From an uncultured Clostridia bacterium (lineage in GTDB: Bacteria; Bacillota; Clostridia; Oscillospirales; Acutalibacteraceae): a stretch of DNA of 64,000 nt. A program made the translations under genes and the position numbers. Under the pieces are notes generated by a model. The model was not told the origin of the DNA. It worked only from the letters and a program-made list of their open reading frames with translations, and did not search any database. The DNA lies in the NCBI GenBank assembly GCA_944412495.1, contig CALYBL010000017.1, positions 87,441 to 151,440 on the forward strand, written 5' to 3'. Below, piece after piece: positions 59,526-64,000 of this stretch; positions within the stretch are counted from its first letter, which is position 1, and each line of letters opens with the position of its first letter.

Positions 59526-59900
59526 ATGAAAAAGACAATATTTGAACAGATGGGTGGCACATACGAACAACAGGGAGATTATCTTATCCCCTGTCTCGCC
59601 CTTCCTGCCAAAGACGTAGTGCCGATAGGATTGTGGGGGCAAAGACACCTTCAATACATTAAACAACATAGAAAAATATTTTATACTAATTTGATTACAA
59701 GTGGTGATTTATATAGCTATCTTGCTGATATTGACGAGTTAGCAAATAGCATCTATGAAAATATGGTACCGCTATATAAATCGTTATACCAAGTTACTGA
59801 AGAACTTAAAAAATCCAATCCTTTTGAATGGGTGCACAGAAACAACGACATTATAGATGTTATTAATGAAATTATATATAATGATGTGATATTCCGATAA
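59526..59900 (+). CDS. tnpV: Transposon-encoded TnpV-family protein
   Basis: MKKTIFEQMGGTYEQQGDYLIPCLALP...WGQRHLQYIKQH...LITSGDLYSYLADIDE closely follows the Tn4451-type TnpV pattern as I recall it. Confidence 0.7.
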   Translation: MKKTIFEQMGGTYEQQGDYLIPCLALPAKDVVPIGLWGQRHLQYIKQHRKIFYTNLITSGDLYSYLADIDELANSIYENMVPLYKSLYQVTEELKKSNPFEWVHRNNDIIDVINEIIYNDVIFR

Positions 59901-59907
59901 ACTAGTA

Positions 59908-59936
59908 AATGGCGAGGTGTTTCACCTCGCCATTTT
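59908..59936. terminator. Bidirectional terminator between tnpV and the six-gene operon
   Basis: AATGGCGAGGTG-loop-CACCTCGCCATT followed by TTTCG. A-rich on the other side. Confidence 0.7.
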
Positions 59937-59946
59937 CGCTTAATAA

Positions 59947-60441
59947 TTAGATTTTCGGAATCATACTCGCGGAATTAGGAGCATTGGCTTGCATATTCCA
60001 GATAGCTATTTTCATCTTTTTAATACGCTTACCATCACCAAAATCAAGCAAATCTTCCCTTTTATAAACATTCAAAAGTTTATTTAACGATCCCAAGTCC
60101 GCAGATGTCATTAAAAACGCTTCTTCCGGATCGATTAGTTTGCAGTATGCCCACAGTTGTCCTAAATCACGCAGAGTTAAACTTGTCTTTTTTGCTTCAA
60201 TAAAAAACAGTTTGAACTCATCTGCCTTCTTTACTATGCCGAGAACATCAATTTGAATATCTACACCGATAGCTTCTTCTTGAATGATACCGTACTTTCT
60301 AAGAACTCTATCCAATCGTTCGCTGTGTGAGTCAACTACGATTATTTCCTCAGCAGATTTGTATTTATCTTTCAGGTATGCTTTAAGCCATAGCTGCATT
60401 GGTGGGTATAAGTCAAATTCTCTCATATCTTTATTCTCCAT
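59947..60441 (-). CDS. Small PD-(D/E)xK-type nuclease-like protein (164 aa)
   Basis: Core ..AIGVDIQIDVLGIVKKADEFKLFFIEAKKTS.. (D-x17-E-x-K), similar to YraN/Hjc/NucS-type minimal nucleases. Overlaps the upstream gene by 11 nt. Confidence 0.5.
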   Translation of the reverse strand: MENKDMREFDLYPPMQLWLKAYLKDKYKSAEEIIVVDSHSERLDRVLRKYGIIQEEAIGVDIQIDVLGIVKKADEFKLFFIEAKKTSLTLRDLGQLWAYCKLIDPEEAFLMTSADLGSLNKLLNVYKREDLLDFGDGKRIKKMKIAIWNMQANAPNSASMIPKI

Positions 60442-61318
60442 ATCCTAAATCTTTGGCTATTTGCTTCCACGAATCATAGTGTTTGCCTCTTATCTCGGAT
60501 GGAATAAAGCCATCATTTTCGCTTGGGTGATGTGGTTTGTTTTTATTTCTTTCGCGGCCTTCCCAATAGAATTTGTGAGTTACTTCTTCAGGTTTTTTCC
60601 CCTCTGATTCAAGACCATCGATTAATTCGGTTGCAAACTGAGCAAGAGCTTCTCTTTTGTGCAGAACAGCAAATCCTATGGGCAAAAATTCATTCGCCCA
60701 TATTTTAATTTGATGTTCTTTTTTCCAAAAATCAGGCTTCCCTTCCTTGAATTTAACAAGATTGCCGTCACGCATATTGGGATGAGCCCAATCTATTGCC
60801 TGTACAGGAATATTAACATCTTTAAGTAAACGACAAACATCGCTAACCAAATACCAATTATGTGGCACTTCTAAGTAAACACGATGCATATAGTTTTTAA
60901 AAAAGTAGTTACTTCTGCGAATGTAACCCGTCACATCAGCAAATCCTTGCAAAAAAGATATCTTCTCATCACGAGTAAAGGAAAAAATTTCTTCATCAAT
61001 TCTAATATTTTCGTGGGATACCGCATTGCCGATATAACGTAAAATTTCTCGCATCATATATTCGTCATTTCTCTTAGTGAAAGAGATAATAGAATAATTA
61101 TCCTGCTGAGTAAAGCTCAATCCTGTGCCGATTAGAGGTTCTAATACTGTGCGAATATCGGTTATACTTGCACGTACATATATTCTAACATCGTTATTAT
61201 TTTCTGTTACCAGTTTTTTATGTGGAATTTCAACAGATATGGTGGTTTCTGATGCACCACGTCTCACTTCTCCATTGCCACAAATCATACCTAAAAGGTA
61301 AGACATCTCTAGATTCAT
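60431..61318 (-). CDS. Double LAGLIDADG-like-motif protein (295 aa), catalytic acids absent
   Basis: Motif 1 YLLGMICGNGEV and motif 2 FLQGFADVTGYI lie ~110 aa apart, as in monomeric LAGLIDADG enzymes. Position-8 residues are Asn and Thr. Confidence 0.5.
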   Translation of the reverse strand: MNLEMSYLLGMICGNGEVRRGASETTISVEIPHKKLVTENNNDVRIYVRASITDIRTVLEPLIGTGLSFTQQDNYSIISFTKRNDEYMMREILRYIGNAVSHENIRIDEEIFSFTRDEKISFLQGFADVTGYIRRSNYFFKNYMHRVYLEVPHNWYLVSDVCRLLKDVNIPVQAIDWAHPNMRDGNLVKFKEGKPDFWKKEHQIKIWANEFLPIGFAVLHKREALAQFATELIDGLESEGKKPEEVTHKFYWEGRERNKNKPHHPSENDGFIPSEIRGKHYDSWKQIAKDLGYGE

Positions 61319-61333
61319 ACAATCACAATCCTT

Positions 61334-61693
61334 TTAATTCAAGCCTATTCTATATCCATTGTTGAATAATTCCCGAATAATTCTATTATCATTAAGACGA
61401 TATAAATACTCGGCCTTATAAACTCTGTTTTTTCCAAATAAGTGTGCTATGTCAGCGGGTGGGGCAACAGGAACATAGAGCCTTAATTCCAGAGCCCATT
61501 TGTTAGCATCTTCTTGTAAAACAATTATTCCCTCGCTATATAATGTGATAGCAGGAGTATGAGTTTGATTATAATCGTTGATAAATTTGGCCATTGTTCC
61601 CGGTTTTGCTTCTGCTTCTATAAAGAAGTCTCCGCCATTCTGCTTAATATCATTTAAAAAGTCTAAAATTCTTTTTAGCATATGATCCTCCAT
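61334..61693 (-). CDS. Hypothetical protein (119 aa), distant paralogue of the 151-aa neighbour
   Basis: Start overlaps the upstream stop by 1 nt. Shares the C-terminal pattern LRLYV...YLYRLNDNRIIRELFNNGYRIG. Confidence 0.55.
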   Translation of the reverse strand: MEDHMLKRILDFLNDIKQNGGDFFIEAEAKPGTMAKFINDYNQTHTPAITLYSEGIIVLQEDANKWALELRLYVPVAPPADIAHLFGKNRVYKAEYLYRLNDNRIIRELFNNGYRIGLN

Positions 61694-62148
61694 TACAAAT
61701 TATATCCCCGATCAAAGTCTGTAAGATTTGCAGGATGTAAGCGTGAGACAATAGCTCGTATGGCTGCAACATTTTGATATTCCCCAAAATGGAAGCCATA
61801 ATCTCTAACAATTTTCTCTACAAACTTGCCTTTATTGATTCTTCTCACATAACTGGTGTTTCCCTCGCCTAAAAAAGGAAGAAGAACAGAAGGACAATTA
61901 TTTATATTGTTAAAATAAATACGAAGTTGATGGCTTCTTTTCATCGAATATCCACCTGTCGTTTCACCTTGAGTTATAGGGTAATATTCTTCATCAGGAA
62001 ATTCTCTTTCGAACATAAACGCTTTTTCTTCTGGAATCTGTGCTTCAATAAGCCCGATTCTTCCAGGGCTACATAAATACCCTAAAATCAAACAAAAGTC
62101 TGCGGTGTTAACCTCTATATCGAGAGCCCTGGATCCTAATAATGCCAT
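61693..62148 (-). CDS. Hypothetical protein (151 aa) with single LAGLIDADG-like motif
   Basis: FCLILGYLCSPGRI resembles motif 1 of the 295-aa protein. C-terminal LRIYF...YVRRINKGKFVEKIVRDYGFHFG. Confidence 0.55.
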   Translation of the reverse strand: MALLGSRALDIEVNTADFCLILGYLCSPGRIGLIEAQIPEEKAFMFEREFPDEEYYPITQGETTGGYSMKRSHQLRIYFNNINNCPSVLLPFLGEGNTSYVRRINKGKFVEKIVRDYGFHFGEYQNVAAIRAIVSRLHPANLTDFDRGYNL

Positions 62149-62153
62149 AACAT

Positions 62154-62927
62154 CTACTCCTTAACAAATATCAAAAGGTATTCATGAACCTTATTGATAC
62201 GGAATTTGTATGGATATCCAAGCGGCCGCATATTATTGTAATCTGCTTGTCTATCCCAAATAATTAGATCGTCGTAAATGAATCCAATTTTTTGTAATGC
62301 TGTAGCTAAATCGCTATGCAAAGGATAAAAATTGCTTTTTTTACGAATATCCATTACATTTACGATACAATAACCACCTTTTTTCAAAACTCTACTAACT
62401 GAAGCAAAAAGGTTTGATAATGTATTTATAAATTCACTATAATTTGCAATATTTCCCACATCGTTGGTCTTATCAGAGTAATTTACAGCATTCTTTTGGT
62501 CGGCACTTCGTTTCATATTGAGAATATCCCAATACGGTGGGGATGTAACACAAATATCGAAGTGATTTGCAGGAAGTGTTTTTAGCACCTCAAAACTATC
62601 ACCGTTAATTATCTGAATTTTATCATCTTTGCCCACACGTTGTTTTGCTATATTACAAAAATCCTCAGATAAATCGATTCCTACAGCTTCGCATCCAAGT
62701 TTTTGTGCAGCAACAGTTGTGGAACCAATACCATTAAAAGGATCTAATACACGCGAATTTGCTTTTGAAAAAGTGCGTATTAGTTTTTCGCACAACGAAA
62801 CCGGGTAGGATGCGGGATGCTTAAATTCTTTCTCTTCTTTTGTTTTCGATAAATCTCGCCAAATGCTAAAAGAATTTTGAAGCCACTCCTTGCCGGTGAG
62901 ATCATTGCATTTTTTAGAGTTGTCCAT
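62154..62927 (-). CDS. DNA methyltransferase (N6-adenine or N4-cytosine), SPPY type
   Basis: 257 aa. HPASYPVSLCEKLIRTFS..VLDPFNGIGSTTVAA (motifs X and I) comes before ICVTSPPYWD (motif IV). This order is reversed relative to the usual PF01555 layout. C-terminal ..IIWDR...HEYLLIFVK. Confidence 0.8.
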   Translation of the reverse strand: MDNSKKCNDLTGKEWLQNSFSIWRDLSKTKEEKEFKHPASYPVSLCEKLIRTFSKANSRVLDPFNGIGSTTVAAQKLGCEAVGIDLSEDFCNIAKQRVGKDDKIQIINGDSFEVLKTLPANHFDICVTSPPYWDILNMKRSADQKNAVNYSDKTNDVGNIANYSEFINTLSNLFASVSRVLKKGGYCIVNVMDIRKKSNFYPLHSDLATALQKIGFIYDDLIIWDRQADYNNMRPLGYPYKFRINKVHEYLLIFVKE

Positions 62928-64000
62928 TGGGTATCCACCTTTTTGATTGAATTCTTTTTACTTCACAATCAATATAATCGGATTCTTTTTTGTTAATACC
63001 GTATGCTTTGTACACTATCTGATTTAATTCCTCTAAACAGTCGAACCATTCTTGACTCATATAATCATTGCTTTCTAATCTGCTAACTAAACTGAGTATA
63101 GAATCAAAATATATTTCTTGTTGATTAGTTGACGGAAGTGGTATTTTTTTTAAGTATTTTGCATCTGTATGCATTGTAAGTTTGGAGTAATTATAACAGT
63201 ATTTGTACAAGAAAAGATTGCACAAGCGAGAATGAAGTATGCCTAATATGTAACGACACATTTTTTCGTCACCGTCCGTGAATACAGTAACTGTCTGCGT
63301 TGCTTCCATATTACCGCCAAAAGCAGCTATTATACCTGCTTCTGCACTATAAATATTTTGAATAAAAACCTTATTACCTGTTGTAGGCACAGTATGATTT
63401 TTATACCCAAATTTACGTATTTCTTTTCCTGCTATCGCATCTTTTGACACAGATTTTCCTCTACCAACATAACCATTACATAAATCAGATAAAGTTTGAT
63501 ATGAGGAAGTTAATTTTTTATAAGTCGAATAATCCTCTGAACAGTTAAAGATTAGAATTTCATCTTTGTAAAATGATTGAGGAATACTGCACATAGATAC
63601 AAAGCGGTTGCTTGACAATTTTTTTAATTTGATTTTATGCTTTCTATCTGCTGCACAATTTTTAACTGTAAGAATAATTTGCTCTCCTCGAACATTCTTG
63701 AAATAAGCGCCGATATCAATAATGGATATAATCGTTTTTTCTTCAAGAATAGTTCTTCGCAACAAGCTATATCCAGCTACGTGTAGAAAGTTTTTTGGAA
63801 TTATGTAAGATACAATACCATCGGTTTTTACAATCTCAAAAGCTCGAATTAATGCTGCCACAAACAGATTGTTGCCAAAATCAGATACTCTACGTCTGAA
63901 AAGATAATCACAGTTTAATTCAATATCACCCAACAAAGGAACATAAGGGGGATTACCTATAACAACATCCGGTTGATCAGCTAATTCAAATTCACTCAAT
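62914..64000 (-). CDS. N6-adenine DNA methyltransferase (Eco57I/TaqI-like gamma type) with C-terminal specificity domain; N-terminus outside window
   Basis: VVIGNPPYVPL (motif IV) lies near the window edge, followed by ~330 aa of a TaqI-like target-recognition region. Overlaps the next gene by 14 nt. Confidence 0.75.
   Translation of the reverse strand, partial: LSEFELADQPDVVIGNPPYVPLLGDIELNCDYLFRRRVSDFGNNLFVAALIRAFEIVKTDGIVSYIIPKNFLHVAGYSLLRRTILEEKTIISIIDIGAYFKNVRGEQIILTVKNCAADRKHKIKLKKLSSNRFVSMCSIPQSFYKDEILIFNCSEDYSTYKKLTSSYQTLSDLCNGYVGRGKSVSKDAIAGKEIRKFGYKNHTVPTTGNKVFIQNIYSAEAGIIAAFGGNMEATQTVTVFTDGDEKMCRYILGILHSRLCNLFLYKYCYNYSKLTMHTDAKYLKKIPLPSTNQQEIYFDSILSLVSRLESNDYMSQEWFDCLEELNQIVYKAYGINKKESDYIDCEVKRIQSKRWIPNGQL

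Larger units (their letters stand above)
59110..64000. mobile_element. AT-rich accessory island (transposon/ICE cargo region), right end outside window
   Basis: GC drops right after srtB. Contains a TnpV-family gene and an MTase-containing operon. The left boundary is only approximate. Confidence 0.5.

Overview
This 64-kb window comes from a GC-rich Firmicutes/Clostridia-type chromosome; that assignment rests on gene content only. It falls into three blocks. (A) 1 to ~15.58 kb is an AT-rich integrated element cut by the left window edge. It carries a Type III R-M system (partial mod, res) and an 8.8-kb leftward operon: 45-aa leader ORF, YqaJ exonuclease, RecD-like helicase, possible Rad52-like annealing protein, Zn-finger/Toprim primase-like protein, PcfK-like and PcfJ-like genes. 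It also holds a complex 0.85-kb AT-rich control region, xis plus a tyrosine integrase, arm-type repeats and a composite tRNA-Arg(CCT) junction. (B) ~15.6 to 59.1 kb is core chromosome: small XRE regulators, a lipoprotein, an APH-type sugar kinase-like gene, GH36 alpha-galactosidase, pfkA and rpoB-rpoC-rpsL-rpsG-fusA-tuf. It continues with GNAT, LysR, Fe-ADH, nfnAB-rex, a thioesterase, the bifurcating [FeFe]-hydrogenase hydCBA, FMN riboswitch-ribU and a SAM-I riboswitch far upstream of metK. The block ends with HAD, a Zn-PLC-like gene, luxS, a LysM/G5/M23 peptidase, an RHH protein and sortase B. (C) ~59.1 to 64 kb is a second AT-rich island cut by the right edge. TnpV-type transposon genes converge on a six-gene operon: two DNA methyltransferases, three LAGLIDADG-like proteins lacking the catalytic acids, and a small PD-(D/E)xK nuclease. 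This operon is my best candidate for an undescribed restriction/defence-type system. I saw no rRNA and no CRISPR array. All family calls come from motif recognition by eye; no database search or folding program was run.
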